A program made the translations under genes and the position numbers. A DNA stretch of 64,000 nt from Chlorokybus atmophyticus. Taxonomy: Eukaryota; Plantae; Mesostigma and Chlorokybus algae. Below are positions 13,424 to 26,932 of the stretch, piece after piece (within the stretch, counting starts at the first letter, position 1; each line of letters opens with the position of its first letter). The notes under the pieces are model-generated. The model saw nothing but the letters and a program-made list of their open reading frames with translations, was not told where the DNA came from and did no database searches. Where the stretch lies: NCBI GenBank assembly GCA_009103225.1, contig RHPI01000732.1, positions 46,482 to 110,481 of the forward strand, written 5' to 3'.

Positions 13424-15948
13424 ATGGCGGCGGCGGCAGTGCCGTATCCAACTGCAACCATGGATGATAGTGACGACAGCCATAACTCAGACCAATCTGA
13501 TGCAGGCAATGGTGGGGACGCTGGTAGCAGCGCTGCGCCTGCACGAGGTGGCGCAGGAAAACGCGGCGGGCGTGGTGGAGGGGGGCGCAAGTAAGTTGTT
13601 TGTGCAACAACACCGTGCTTTGTAGGTTACATGAGGCAAGCATAAGTTAGTGAATGTGTTAATATGCGTGTGCAGCAAGGGCGTCAAGCGCCGAGAATTC
13701 ACTGTGCATGAGAAGAAGGCAATAATCACACTAGTTGACGCACATCCAGGCGAGAAGCAGAGCGACATGCTGCTCATCATAAAAGACAATCTACGATTCA
13801 CACTTAGCCAGCCAGTACTGTTTAGAATCTTGCGCTTATAAGCGCAAGATTAAAGGACAAAATCAATGAGGTGGTAGCTCAGGGTGGTGAGCGTGGTGTA
13901 GCTTTTGAAAAGGTTAGACAAGCCCATTATCCTGGGCTGGAAGCAGCGTTGTATGCATGGTTTGCTCAGGCGCGGTTGCGAAAGGCCACACTTAGTGATG
14001 AGATCTTGATTGGTAAAGCACGAGTTCTTGCTGATGCTGCGGGCATCGACATAGCACCCAACTTCTCGTTCGTTTCGGGCTGGCTTGATGGTTTCAAGAA
14101 GCGTCATGGCGTTAAGGCTTATGCGATACACTGAGAGGCAGGTGATGCTGACATGGATGGTGTGCGCTTGGCAATAATGGAGCTGCCCCTTGTATTGAAA
14201 GATTACACCCCCGATGACACTTTCAACATGGATGAATAGGGGTTGTTCTACCGTGCACGCCCAAGTCGCACACTTGCAGTTGCAGCCTTGGACGCATGCA
14301 GGTATGAAGCACATCTTGCTGCAACTTTTTGCTATTCACAACATGCATTGCTTAAGTGGGTCACACCCGTGCATGAGATTGGCAGTTGCATATGTATGCA
14401 TATATTTTGTTGCAGAATGAAAAAGTACAAGAAGCAATGCTCTGTTGTCTTGTGCGCGAATGCGAGCGGCACAGAGAGGCGTCCGTTAATGTTTATCAAA
14501 TCCAAGCAGCCTCGATGCTTTGCAAGGCATGGCAACCAATGAGAATCAGAGTGTGAAGTGCGGATACAAGTCGACTGCGTGGATGACACATCAACTGAGT
14601 TGTAATGTAATCAACCCATGCATGCATCTGTGCAGTCCGCGCGGACGCGCACGCACGCGCGTGCGCGTGCGTGCGTGCTGGGCTGATGTGCATTGTTTGT
14701 GCTGTACTTGCATGCATATGTATGTGCATGACGAGTTGATGTTAATGCATCATCATCATGATGTGCTGCGTGCGCGTGCTTGTGCAAATGTGTGCTATGC
14801 TGATTTGCAGCAATGGGCGTGCAGGTGTTTATACGATCGCTGTGTGTGTTCAACAAAGACATGCGGCGTACCGGTCAAAACGTGCTGGTGCTCATGGACA
14901 ACGCATCAACGCACATTTGCGCGCAAGCAACGGTTGGGGTCAAAGGGAGCTTCAGGAGCCTCACCATGTCCAATCCGGCAGTTGTCTTGCCTTTGAACAC
15001 AACATCAGTTATTCAGCCCATGGATGCGGGCATCATTGCCGCATTCAAGATGCGGTGAAGAACCTTGTCATTATGTGTGCATGTTGTCATTGTGACAACA
15101 CTTGTTTTTACATGGTGATTTGAAGCTACTAGAAGCAGCTGGTCGCACACATCCTGGTAAAGTAAGGTCGAAAGTGGGGTCGCCAACCCCACTTCCGACC
15201 TTAGCAAGACCAAGGTGGATGTGCGCGACGCCATTGTGTAGAGCCGCGAGGCTTGGATGGAGGTCACTCCTTCTACCATACGCAATTGCTGGCGCAGGAG
15301 TAAGGTGATACCAACTGATTGGTGTGCTAATGCAGCCGATGACAACCTCAACGCCCCATCCGTGCGTTGCATCATTGACACCAAGGTATACATGTTTTGT
15401 TGTTGGTTACTACTGACTCAATGCATGTTTTGTTACATTAACATGCAGCGCTGCTATGCATAGGAGTTGGATGTATACAGCAACTCATGGCGCGCATGAA
15501 GCTGCCATCGTCAGACACCATCAGTGCCGAAGAGTTTGTGGATATGGATGAGTCATTGCCCACGGAAGCAGCTACAACGGATAATGAGATACTTGCATCC
15601 ACTGGCCTGAAGCCATTGTCTGATGATGATGACAAGGAAGGTAAGCCCATTGGTGTAATGCTTTTGCTACATGCAGTGAAGTTGTTATGGCCGTGTTTCT
15701 GAAAGTAGCATGCACAGACGACCCCAATAACGAGCCTCCTCGCGCGCTGACATTGAGAGAAGCGATGCAGCATGTGGATGCGCTTGATGTCTTTGTTACT
15801 GAAGCCTCTGACAACTTCAATGAAGTCGAGCAGATGGTGCTGCGGAAGCTGAAAAACAAGTTGACACACTTGCACATCTTTGGTGTCTCCAGTCTCTGGA
15901 TGGTGCTCTGCTAGGCAGAGCATTCGCTCATTCTTTCAGCCGCAGTAA
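13424..15948 (+). pseudogene. pogo/Tigger transposase (HTH-psq/CENP-B HTH + DDD catalytic domain) with spliceosomal introns and in-frame stops
   Basis: KRREFTVHEKKAII; YPGLEAALYAWFAQAR..LSDEILIGKA..SGWLDGFKKRHG; FNMDE*GLFYR; VVLCANASGTERRPLMFI; LVLMDNASTH; LPLNTTSVIQPMDAGIIAAFK; TIRNCWRRS; C-terminal RQSIRSFFQPQ*. Multiple stops. GT..AG introns, e.g. ~13590-13676. Confidence 0.88.
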
Positions 15949-16387
15949 ATACATGTTGATGAAGATTGGTATGAATATAGCTTTACATTTGTGTAGAGTG
16001 GTGGATTTCGCCTTACCAAATTTTTGGAGCTTAAGGCATAGTTTATGCGCATGATGCCACGGATAGGTCATCAGCTACCATGCACACTTATACACATGCA
16101 TGTACATGTGCAACAAGTGCGCATTACCTATAGGTATATCTACGTTTATAACAAAGAGGTGCTGCAAATGGGATGACTCTGTGTATACGTATCACTTATA
16201 CTTACATGCATGTAAATATATTATATACTTACATTGAGGTAAACATTTATATATGCCTTATAAGTATCTTATTTTTAACGACCAAGTGTATACCTATAAG
16301 GAGAGGAGACTGTACTGGCAGGCTTATCTGTGTGCATGCCATCAGATGCACTGCACACGTACAATGCATGTGTACAGACTTCTCGAC

Positions 16388-16521
16388 CATACAGCCTGCA
16401 TGCAAGTACATTGTAACGCACATGTGTGGTGTATAACTTTATTTTTATTTGTGTTTGCATACAGCCTGCATGCAAGTAGATTGCAATGCACATGTGTGGT
16501 GTATAACTTTATTTGTGTTTG
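16388..16521. repeat. Tandem duplication of a ~65-70 bp unit
   Basis: CATACAGCCTGCATGCAAGTA..CACATGTGTGGTGTATAACTTTATTT..GTGTTTG occurs at 16388 and again at 16458. Confidence 0.85.
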
Positions 16522-17589
16522 CATGAAAGCGGGGAGGAAACCTCAGCGCAAACAAGGGAGTAATATACAAATAAGTGCTATCTATCAAGTTTCAAGCGGT
16601 TATTTGTGCCTTCAGGCGGATGCAACAAGTAGGCCATGATAAAACCATGATAAAATGTCTATCATAATAACAAGACAAGGAATTAAAATCAGATAGCTTT
16701 TACAAAGCTTATGTGATGTTGGATATAACACAATGTCAACGAACTTGTAAAGATAACATCTTATTATATCAGACAACAAAGTCACATAATCAATGATATG
16801 CTAATGACAGCTAGCAAAGAGGTCAGATTGAACTCATTTATGTATGCAAGTTGATGCATGCGAGCGAGGTTAATATTTAACTGTGTTGTGAACATTTATG
16901 CCCTTGAAACATTACAATAATACAATGCAAGTTGCATGACTTTTTTGTTTGCTACGTACGGGTACTCAACTATCATAACTGATTATCATAATAATTCTGT
17001 AATGCAAATTGCGTATCATCAATATTGCACATGTGTATGTAATGTTTTTGAATGCTGCTGCGTTTCGCTTTATTATGAGATGTTATGCTTGCGCGTTATA
17101 ATCAACCAATAATCCCTACATATGTGTTACATGCGCATCATATATATATGAGTCACATTACTACTTATGAATTGAAGATTTCTTGCGTTTGTACCATAAA
17201 ACTCTATGCATGTTTTTCGAATGCTTGTTCAGCAAAAATGGGTGCTGCCCTTCAGTCAGCAATCTTGCCTTCGCTGCATTGCATGTGCGCACATGCGTGC
17301 TCAACACGTGTTTTATGAATTGGTATATATTGGATCTATCGGTACGTGTATGTAGTTGAGTCCCCTTCATTTGCTTGCATGCTGTCTCAAGCGGCTTGCT
17401 TTCACCCATCTATACCCCATTCGTGCGAGGTGTAGCCTTGGACAATTGTTGCTTCTAGGTTTTGAATAAAAATGTTGCTTGAAACTTTCAACATGGCATT
17501 TCCAACATGCACGCGCAGGTCACCATGTCCATACGCATCCATCACGCTCAATCCACAGTTGGCCTAGCACAAGTGAGTTGACCGAGAAC

Positions 17590-17805
17590 ATGTGTGTGTG
17601 TGAGCAAGTCCTCGCCTCTTGTCGGGCTGAACGTGCCTCGTTGTTGGTTGGGCACTGCTCCTTCAGCTTCACGACCTCAGCACACGCTCAATGCACAAGT
17701 GGCTTAAGCCAGCACACAACTGCGTGTGCAAGAGCCAGACCTGGCTTGCCGCCAGGCAGAACGTGCCTTGGTTGTTGGGCACTGCTCCGACCCCTCAGCA
17801 CACAG
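17590..17805. repeat. Two diverged ~90-bp direct repeats upstream of guanylate kinase
   Basis: GAACGTGCCT..GTTG..GGGCACTGCTCC..CCTCAGCACAC at ~17628-17685 and ~17759-17805. Confidence 0.55.
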
Positions 17806-17946
17806 CCACCCGCTTAACCTGTTGGGCCTACACATCGTTGAAACAAACAGACACATTCCCAAAGTGATCCACCACCACCAACCACCGCCACCAGCAACAA
17901 CCAGGAGCAGAAGCACAAGTCAAAGCTCGGCATTGGGCCAACGGCA

Positions 17947-19306
<1,360 letters not shown>

Positions 19307-20544
19307 GTCATTCAATTCTTGTGTTTGATTACTAGACGTACTAGCGTCATATGTTGTAGTTCATTTGAGATACGTATGTAACCTTGCAGAAGCAGGTGGC
19401 AATCTGGAAACAAGCGCATGATGGATGCATGCTGCAGCATCGTTGCCACCCTAGCAGGTTGTGCAGGGGTGTTTATTTGCCCCTTCATAAAGGAGTCTGC
19501 AGCATTTGTCTTGTGGTGACACAATTAATTCAAACAAGCTGTTATCCTATGGGGGGGCGGGAGACTATGGCACAAGCTATGGCATAGCTTGGATGCTTGT
19601 CATGCTGCTCAAGCGTCATGGTTTGGTCCGGCATGAGGTTGCACACTCACATTGTGTACTACTTGAGGGTATTGCTACCAAGAGTGATTTTCTGCTGATA
19701 TCACTTGAGGGCAATCACGCGTGTGCATTAAGTAACACCTTCCCAAGGTGTGAATCTCTGCACTCCTTATTGCTATGATATGCAAAATAACGAGTTGTAC
19801 TGTGTTCTTTTTTCTGTCAGAAGTGGACACATATTTTGTGCTCACACGAGTATGAACTGTTATGGGCAAAAAGTGCGACATCTAGTACCTGATGTGAATA
19901 TATGGGCGATCGCATGAACATGCAATAAACCAGAGCGAGAGTGGCGGGGAATGGGGCGGGCGTGTTGAAACACAGCACAACATCACACGCATCACGCTTG
20001 CTTGCTGTTCGTGTCCCCTCTCCTACCGCTCTAACTGTTGCTGCATTGTGCAACTCAGGTTGGTGACTGCTTGCTATTGCTGCTTGCTTTGTTTATACAC
20101 CCACAGCATTGCAGTGCAGATAGGGTCACTTAGCATGGCATAGTGTGATGGCCTTGGGTGTAATGTAAATGTAACTATTTGCTCGTGGGCTTGCTACTTG
20201 CTATTGTATGACATGAATGTGCACGGACTGCATGTATAGCATGTCCAGTAGGTCCAATGCAATGTAACGCACGCAACAAGCACAGTAGCACAGCCAATCA
20301 AGCAGAGGAGGAAGCACAACTTACGGCAAAGGCAACCTAGAGCTTGCAACTATGTGCCTTAGCTAAGTGCATGAGTGTGGAGGAATTGAAGCGGAGCATG
20401 AGGTAAAGCAAGCAACGACGGCAACCAACCAACCTGTTGGCCATAGCCGTTGGTTAGCAGAGGTAGTAGTAGACTGTAGCAGCAGCAAGGTTAAACAGGG
20501 CGGGGTGGGGCGGTGATGTTGTTGATGTTGTGCTATGCAGCAAT

Positions 20545-20580
20545 GTAGTGGCAGACGGCGCAGGCGCCTTCATCAGCTAC
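20545..20580 (-). ncRNA. Degenerate hammerhead-ribozyme-like motif (possible Penelope-like element 3' end)
   Basis: Minus strand reads GTAG-CTGATGA-A-GGCG(CCTG)CGCC-G-TCTGCCA-CTAC, giving the CUGAUGA core, stem II and a stem I closure. The conserved GAAA is missing, so it cannot be an intact ribozyme. Confidence 0.25.
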
Positions 20581-20705
20581 GCCGCCCCTACACATGTTTA
20601 TGTAAGGCTTACTTGCGGCGCTGGTGAGTGGCTACAAGCAACAACGGCGTTGTCTGTTGCGTAACTACGCAACATAGCTCATGCAATAGCAAACTATTTA
20701 GTTAG

Positions 20706-20950
20706 CGGTCACAGAGGGTCGAGGAGAGTCGAGGTTCAAGTTGTCTCGTGCAGCTAAAAGGAAAGACATGCCTGCTGAACATGCTACTGCAACGTGCTGT
20801 AGCAAATCTGGTGGTGAAAGCAAATTCAAAAACATAACCCAGCTCTTGTAATACTAGGTGCTTCTTATAGCACGTCCGCTGATGTGGAGTAGTGTGGACA
20901 TGTGGAAGGAATCTCCTCTTTAGTATACATGATGTGCTGTAAGACACACA
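20706..20950 (-). repeat. Terminal repeat block B (distal U3-like part of the LTR, outer copy)
   Basis: Aligns by eye over its whole length to 21548-21769: GGAGAGTCGAGG..GTTGTCTCGTG..AAAGGAAAGACAT..ATAACCCAGCTCTTGTA..CACGTCCGCT..GAATCTCCTC..GACACACA. Confidence 0.88.
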
Positions 20951-21769
20951 GTCAACAAGCCACTACTATAGGTAGTGCTGTTTACACAGTTCTATGTGTC
21001 ACACTGTTTAGTGAGGTGAATGAGCAAGCAACACGTGGATGCTATGCCCCAACTGATGCCAACAACTTGAAGCACACCGCGAGTAAGCGCACCAAGCTCA
21101 CAGCAATGACAAGCACAGTGCACACGAGCATGCACAAACTCTCACACGGTGAGGGGATTCTTAGTAACCGAGATGGCGTGTTTATATATAGTTCAAATCG
21201 CTTTATAAGCTCCTAGCTTTCTCACGGTGTCACCAGCTGCTCCGGTGAACACTGCGACTTCTTAGACAAGTCAAATTGTGACTGTTTAGGACATAAACTA
21301 ACGGTGATATCGGGGCTATTCCCACAAGACCCCCACTCGATATAGAACATAACTTATAATTGATTATACAACTTAAACAGCTACACGCGGTGCCCATGTA
21401 GGCTACGGTCATAAGCTAGTCCGAGGTCATGATCTAGCTACTATTGGTCAGTGACGCGCGCGGGCCGGTATGCTGATAGTCTGGGCGAGGGTCTTGATGT
21501 AAGCGTACCCGATGCAGGCTGGCACACAAGGACAATGGGCATGACAGCGGTCGGGTCAAGGAGAGTCGAGGGTCATGTTGTCTCGTGGAGCTGAAAGGAA
21601 AGACATACCTGCTGGACATGCTATTGCAGCATGCTGTAGCATGTCTGGTGGTGTTAGCGAAAGCAAAAAGATAACCCAGCTCTTGTAGCAGTATATGCTT
21701 CTTGGAACACGTCCGCTCATGTGGAGAGAATCTCCTCCTTACTATACATGCTGTGATGTAGGACACACA
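20951..21769 (-). repeat. Complete 3' LTR (blocks B'+A on the coding strand)
   Basis: On the minus strand it starts TGTGTG at 21769, just after a purine tract AAGGAGGGTGG (21789-21779, PPT-like). Block A aligns to 31101-31665. Confidence 0.75.
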
Positions 21770-21849
21770 ATTACCAAACCACCCTCCTTGAGCCTCAAGG
21801 GAGGTCCCAGCTCAAAACTCAGTATTCAATGCAAGTGTGGAGGGCCGCT

Positions 21850-21992
21850 GACGCAGCTGTCGTCACACCAATACTCCTCCATGGGTACCGCATCCGATGG
21901 GCGCTCCAAGACAATAGCAATGCAGGCTCTTGTTGCAGCCATCGCAGAGCATTATGAGCGAGTTGTCGTCGGCGCTGCCGCATCAGTCGCAA
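21850..21992 (-). pseudogene. PHD finger at the C-terminus of the retrotransposon pol/integrase
   Basis: CD*CGSADDNSLIMLCDGCNKSLHCYCLGAP, then a 1-nt shift to DAVPMEEYWCDDSC. This is the C4HC3 spacing with the conserved W; the stop is TGA, plausibly from CGA. Confidence 0.8.
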
Positions 21993-21999
21993 CGCGTGC

Positions 22000-23230
22000 T
22001 GCGGGCGGGGTGAAGGTGCTTGATACGCCAGAATCTGCTACATAAGGGAGGTGACACGGCGCGCAGTTCACCATATTGTCCCTCAACCTCTTGCCGTTCT
22101 GGTCGAGGAGGTCCAGTGACCCTATGGGGTACACCTTGAGCACCTTGCAGACCGTGCGGCCAACGAAGGTGTTCAGCGTGTCCTTAGTGGCCTCCATGCG
22201 GTAGGCAAAGTCTACTGCTCAAAATTGGCATTGACGCTCCTTGTAGAAGCCACAGCGCACGCGCTCATAGCGTAGCGTGTCGCGGTGTTGCGCGATGCGC
22301 AAGTTGTAAAAGGCCATAGGGACTGTGCGCTCAAATAGTGCTGCGCGCGTGATAATGTCATAGTGCATCCAGTTGGGGTCGTCAAGATCGTTCACCACGC
22401 AATCCACCTCCTGCTGTGCACAAAACAAAAGCCGTGGCGATCGCCCGTGCAGTAAGTGGTACGGGCTGTACTCGTGCAAAGCTGCGTACTTTGACAGTCG
22501 ATATCCTAAAGCCACCCATGGAAGGTGGTCATCCCAGGTGTTCTTCTCGTACTCCAGCACATACTTGCGAAGTGCCTTCTTAATGGTCTGCACCGTGCTC
22601 TCCGCGAGACCGTCGGCTTGAGAGTGGTCATGTGAGGTACGGCAATGATCGATGTAGCACCTGTAAAAAATAGTGTCGAACTCCCTCTAACTAAGTGCCT
22701 TGGTCGGTGACAACCTCTGCGCAGCTTATGAACCGGCTGAGGACGTGAGAGAGGAAGGCTTGAGCCACCCCCTTACTGCTCTTGTCGGGTAGTGGCACCA
22801 GCTCCACCCACTTGGAGAGAAATGCGATCATCACTAAGATGTAGCGGTTGCGACGTGCCGAGGGTGATAAGTCTCCAAAGATACCGAGTCCCCATCAATG
22901 AAAGAGGCCGGAGATGGGAGGAGAGTGTAATGTGGCGCTGCGCGTGTTGAGGCTAGCGCGCACCATGTCACACTGTTGACAATGACTTACGAACTCCTGC
23001 ACCTGCTTATACAACTCATGCCATCAATACTGTGCCCTTACAATGATGACTGTACCCTTGACACGGAAGTGTCCAAACTCAGTGTGTAGGGCAGTGATGA
23101 AGCCCTCTCGTGTCGCTGGGGTCGGCACCTCCTTGTCTTCACAGTGAAGACGCCAATACAGCTTGTCATATGCCCAGCGGTAGTGCTTGGTGTGTTGGTT
23201 GACGCGGTCCTTCGCACGCGCACTCATGCC
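22000..23230 (-). pseudogene. Retroviral-type integrase (HHCC zinc finger + DDE core)
   Basis: LHTEFGHF..QEFVSHCQQC; NRYILVMIAFLSKWVELVPLP; VVTDQGT; QADGLAESTVQTIKKAL..WDDHLPWVALGYR..YSPYHLLHGRSPRL. Confidence 0.9.
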
Positions 23231-23624
23231 GCAAGGAAGCCTACCACTTCAAAGGGAGGAGAGGGATAGCCTGTCTAGCCATATGTCTTGCCTGGTGTCG
23301 GTGGACGCCAACTCCACGTCATCGACCTCGACGTTGGTGGCGCGCGTGTCTCCTTCTGTGGTGTCCCCTGCAGAGCCGATTGATTTAGGGGCAGGCATCT
23401 CCTTAGTTGCTGCCGTGGCAGCTGTGTTGGTCGTGCGACTTGAGCGCAATGAGGCGACAGGGACATGGCAACCACCGTAGGAGCTGCAGCTGTAGGCCGA
23501 GCTCATGTCGAGCTTCAGTTGCGTCGTTAGTGCTGAGGTGGGGGTTACGATTGAGTCCATTGGCGTCTTGATTGGTAAGGCCGGCGCGGTGGTCGATCTC
23601 AAAGTCATACTTCTACATTAGCGG

Positions 23625-24830
23625 GGCCTAACGGGCAAGTTTCCCTGTCAAATGTCGGTTGGTCATTAACCACTTGAGTGGCTGATGATCGGTGATCAGT
23701 TGAAACCGTCGCACGAAGAGGAAGGGTCGAAAGAAGGAGATAGCCCACACTGCAGCGAGGCACTCTCCCTCGTAGCTGCTGTAGTTGGCCTCGGCAATGT
23801 TGTTGCTCCTGCTGGCGTATGACACCACCCGCTCTTTCTTGTTCTCATTGTGCTGCACCAGCACGGCTCCCATCCTTAGCTTACTCCAGTCGGTGTGAAG
23901 GATGAAAGGTTTGGTGTAGTCAGGGCATTAAAGGATGGAAGCTGTAAGCCTGCTCTTCAGCTCCTTGAAGGCCTGCTGTTGCGGCTCCTTCCACGGGAGC
24001 TCCACTTCCTTCTTCAGTAGCTCGTTGAGGGGCAGCGCTATCTTTGCGTAAACCTTCACGAAACGGCGATAGTAATTGGCCCAAGAAGGCGCAGAGGCGC
24101 GTGCGGTCCGTTGGAGCAGGGATAGGTGCCAGGGGCCTCCACCTTTGCCTGCTGTACGTACACCCCGTGGGGCACAATCATGTGCCCCAAGTAGGGTACC
24201 TTGTAAGTGAAGAGGGTGCACTTGTCGGGGTGCACAATCATCCCCACTCCCTTGAGCCTCGCCACCACCTCCTCGATGTACTGTAGGTGCTCTTTGTTGC
24301 TGCGGGTGAAGATGAGGATGTCGTGGATGTAGCACTGCGCGCAATCAAGCTTTAAGGCTTTGTGCATGACGCGCTGGAACTTGGCGGGGGCATTCTTTAG
24401 CCCGAACGACAACACCTTCCACTGGTACAGCTGTCGGTTGCCCCAGAAGGAGGTCTTGTGCTTGTCCTCGTCCTGAATGGCAATTTTGTTGTACCCTCGG
24501 CGCATGTCAAGGATGCTGAAAACTGTGCAGTGTGCCACATCCTCAAAGAAGCCCTCTGCTGTGGGCATTGGATATTTATCTTGTTTGGTCTTGTTGTTGA
24601 GAGGGCGGTAGTCGCCGCATATGCGCCGTTCTGTCCAGTGGCTTGCTGAATTCTTCTTCAATGGCTGTCGCGGCTGCAAAGTACGATGTGGACTCCTCGT
24701 AGAGGCCTGCGTCTAGCAGAGCCTTACATCGCTGTTCCACCAGATCCTTCTCCGATTTGGAGAGCCTGTATTGCCGTTGGAACACCGGCTCGATGTCCAC
24801 TAGCTCGATGTCCATCTGGTACATTAAACA
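23625..24830 (-). pseudogene. Ty3/gypsy reverse transcriptase and RNase H
   Basis: EPVFQRQYRLS; RICGDYRPLNNKTKQDKYPMP; LDMRRGYNKI; FGLKNAPAKFQR; CYIHD (YxDD mutated); YLGH; NYYRRFV; LHTDWS; VVSYASRS; YEGECLAAVWAI; ITDHQPLKWL. Confidence 0.92.
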
Positions 24831-25139
24831 TGTACCCAGCTCATTTACGTTAAAGCTGAATTGGCTCCTCCACTTGCTGAGGAAAGTTTTCAGATTCTCT
24901 CATGTGCTCTCCGTGGCCAGAGGGTTAGTGGCATGGTCCCAGAACGTTGCATTGGCAGCTACAAAGATGTCTTCCACTGTCACTGCTTGCTCCTCCATGT
25001 AAGCCACCTCAAGAGCTATGTGAGCTTTTTGGTCTGCAACGCGATCAGCCCACCCCTCAGTCAGGTATTCGAGATTCCTGAAGGAAACATGGGGGTCCTG
25101 AAACGCGAAGCTCCGCTCCAGCAGGCAAACCATGCTGTT

Positions 25140-26060
25140 TTGGTCCATGGCGCGGCCGAGCATCTGACATCGCTGACTGTCGGTCAGCGGGGACCCTGTG
25201 ACACTGTTGAGAAAGAACCCCATGGCGCAATCGCGCTCACGTGTGTTGGGTTCTTCCAGCTTGCCCGTTGTGGTGTTGAACACCATGCCATCACCTCCAT
25301 TACGCAAGGCACAGGACCTTGGGTAGGACACTAAAGTGGGAAGTGCGCGGTGCGGTTGCCCAGGCTGGTTGTAGTGGCTGTGGTTAAGACGCATGACAGG
25401 TTGGGCTTTACGGTCGGGGTCAAAGATGTCATTGACCAAGAGGTTGCGTGGTCGTGTGCTGCGCGTGTGCTGTGCCGTTATTAACTCTTTTGTGGTGGCC
25501 AAGTTTGTCCACTTAGCGCGCACACGGTGTGCGCGAGAACCATGGCGCGCTGCATTTACCTTGAGTGGATGCCCAAGAATGGAGCACACTTGTTGGTAGG
25601 TGGAGGTTACATGGGGACGCTTGTCGTCCTCTGAGTGCACGTCCTCGATGACGTAACACAGTGGCCCGGAGATCTGGTGCTGTTGGAGAAGGTGGATGAC
25701 TCTCATCAACGCCCAAAACAGACCTGAGCGAGGGTCGTCAAGGCCTTGGCCTTTTCCTGACCTGGAATGTCCTTGGCACTCCCATCCAGCCACCAACAAG
25801 TCGATGTTGCCGAGGGATAGCAAGTGGTGCTCGGTAAACAATCGGATGTCTTGTGGCAATGCCTTGAGGCTGCCTTGCAGCGGCGACGAGGGCAGTTGCT
25901 GTGGATAGCGCTCGTGCAGCTGACGCGTATGGTGCTTAAGAGCTGTTTGAGCGCATGGGTAAGGGTCGCAATAATGATACTTGGTGACTTTGACACCTGT
26001 ATTAAGGCCTGCAGCGAGACCACTGCCGATGCCTCCGAACAGCATAACATCGTGATGCCC
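25140..26060 (-). CDS. DNMT3-like C5 cytosine DNA methyltransferase domain embedded in pol (within open frame 24900-26207)
   Basis: Motif I LFGGIG; motif IV LLVAGWECQGHS with catalytic Cys; DDPRSGLF; motif VI VIEDV (ENV-like); motif VIII RAHRVRAKWTN; motif IX EPNTRER; motif X RCQMLGRAMD. Confidence 0.88.
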
Positions 26061-26563
26061 TGCTGCCGCAAAAAGGTATGAAACTCCACGAGTTCGGTGG
26101 CTACCATGTGCTGGTCTTGCACCTTGCCGTGTCCCTTGTAGTTGTGGAAGTGCAAAGTGATTAGTGGCTGGGTCAGCAAAAGGTGCGTATCCACTTGTGC
26201 ACGCCAACGGCGGTCGGCCGGGTCTTGTAATGCCACCTCAACAGTGGCATCCTCCTGCTCCTCAGTGTAAGGAATGGGAGCGGAGTTGTCTGTGCGGCAA
26301 GGGGCTGCGGCAACAGCAGCGACTCTTGTGCAGGCGCTGTCATACGTGGCTGATGCAGCCCGTGTGCGCACATGACTGCGTGTGGCTGTGGCAGCCACTT
26401 TGCATTGGGCACGCGTGCGTGACACCAACTCGAGGGGCAGGAAGCGCTGTACCTCTCCGTCATCTTCATCCCAATATGGTTGGAACCAATCCCGCTCTGC
26501 CCAGTAATCAAGCCCCATGCCCACGTTGAAGTTTAATTTAAGCAAAAAATCGAAGGAGCCAGC

Positions 26564-26932
26564 TTAGTGACCACGCATTGCTAGAAGATCTGGCCCTATG
26601 GTGTGGGTTGGGTCCAGCCCTATCAGCCAAATGCAGAAGGCCTCCTTGGTGACCCCCATCACCTTGTTACGGCTCCCCATTGCTGTGTCCAATACGTATA
26701 GGCAGGGCATCAAGTTCGAGCTAGTGATGCCAAGGGACCACTCGAGGAAGCGCCCAATGATGATTGGCTGTGCTCCGGTGTCTAGCATCACCCGCTTGGG
26801 TGCCAGGCCGTTGATGGTCACATGCTTGCCTTGGTTGGCTACCATGGCAGCGTTGGCATTGATGCGTAGCCTCTTAGTGCGGGCTGTGAGCACTAGGGCC
26901 TCATGTCTTCTAGCTGGAGGTGCTGAGCGCAT
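26564..26932 (-). pseudogene. Retropepsin aspartic protease
   Basis: VTINGLAPKRVMLDTGAQPIIIG; the catalytic motif is LDTGA. Confidence 0.85.

Larger units (their letters stand above)
12689..16312 (+). mobile_element. pogo/Tigger-type (Tc1/mariner superfamily) DNA transposon, decayed
   Basis: Left end TA|CAGTCTACGCGGCTTATAAG. Right end CCTATAAGGAGAGGAGACTG|TA, whose reverse complement is CAGTCTCCTCTCCTTATAGG. TA flanks both ends. Subterminal CTTATAAG(TATC) motifs recur near both ends (~13323, ~16257). Encloses a CENP-B-HTH/DDE_1 transposase. Confidence 0.75.
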
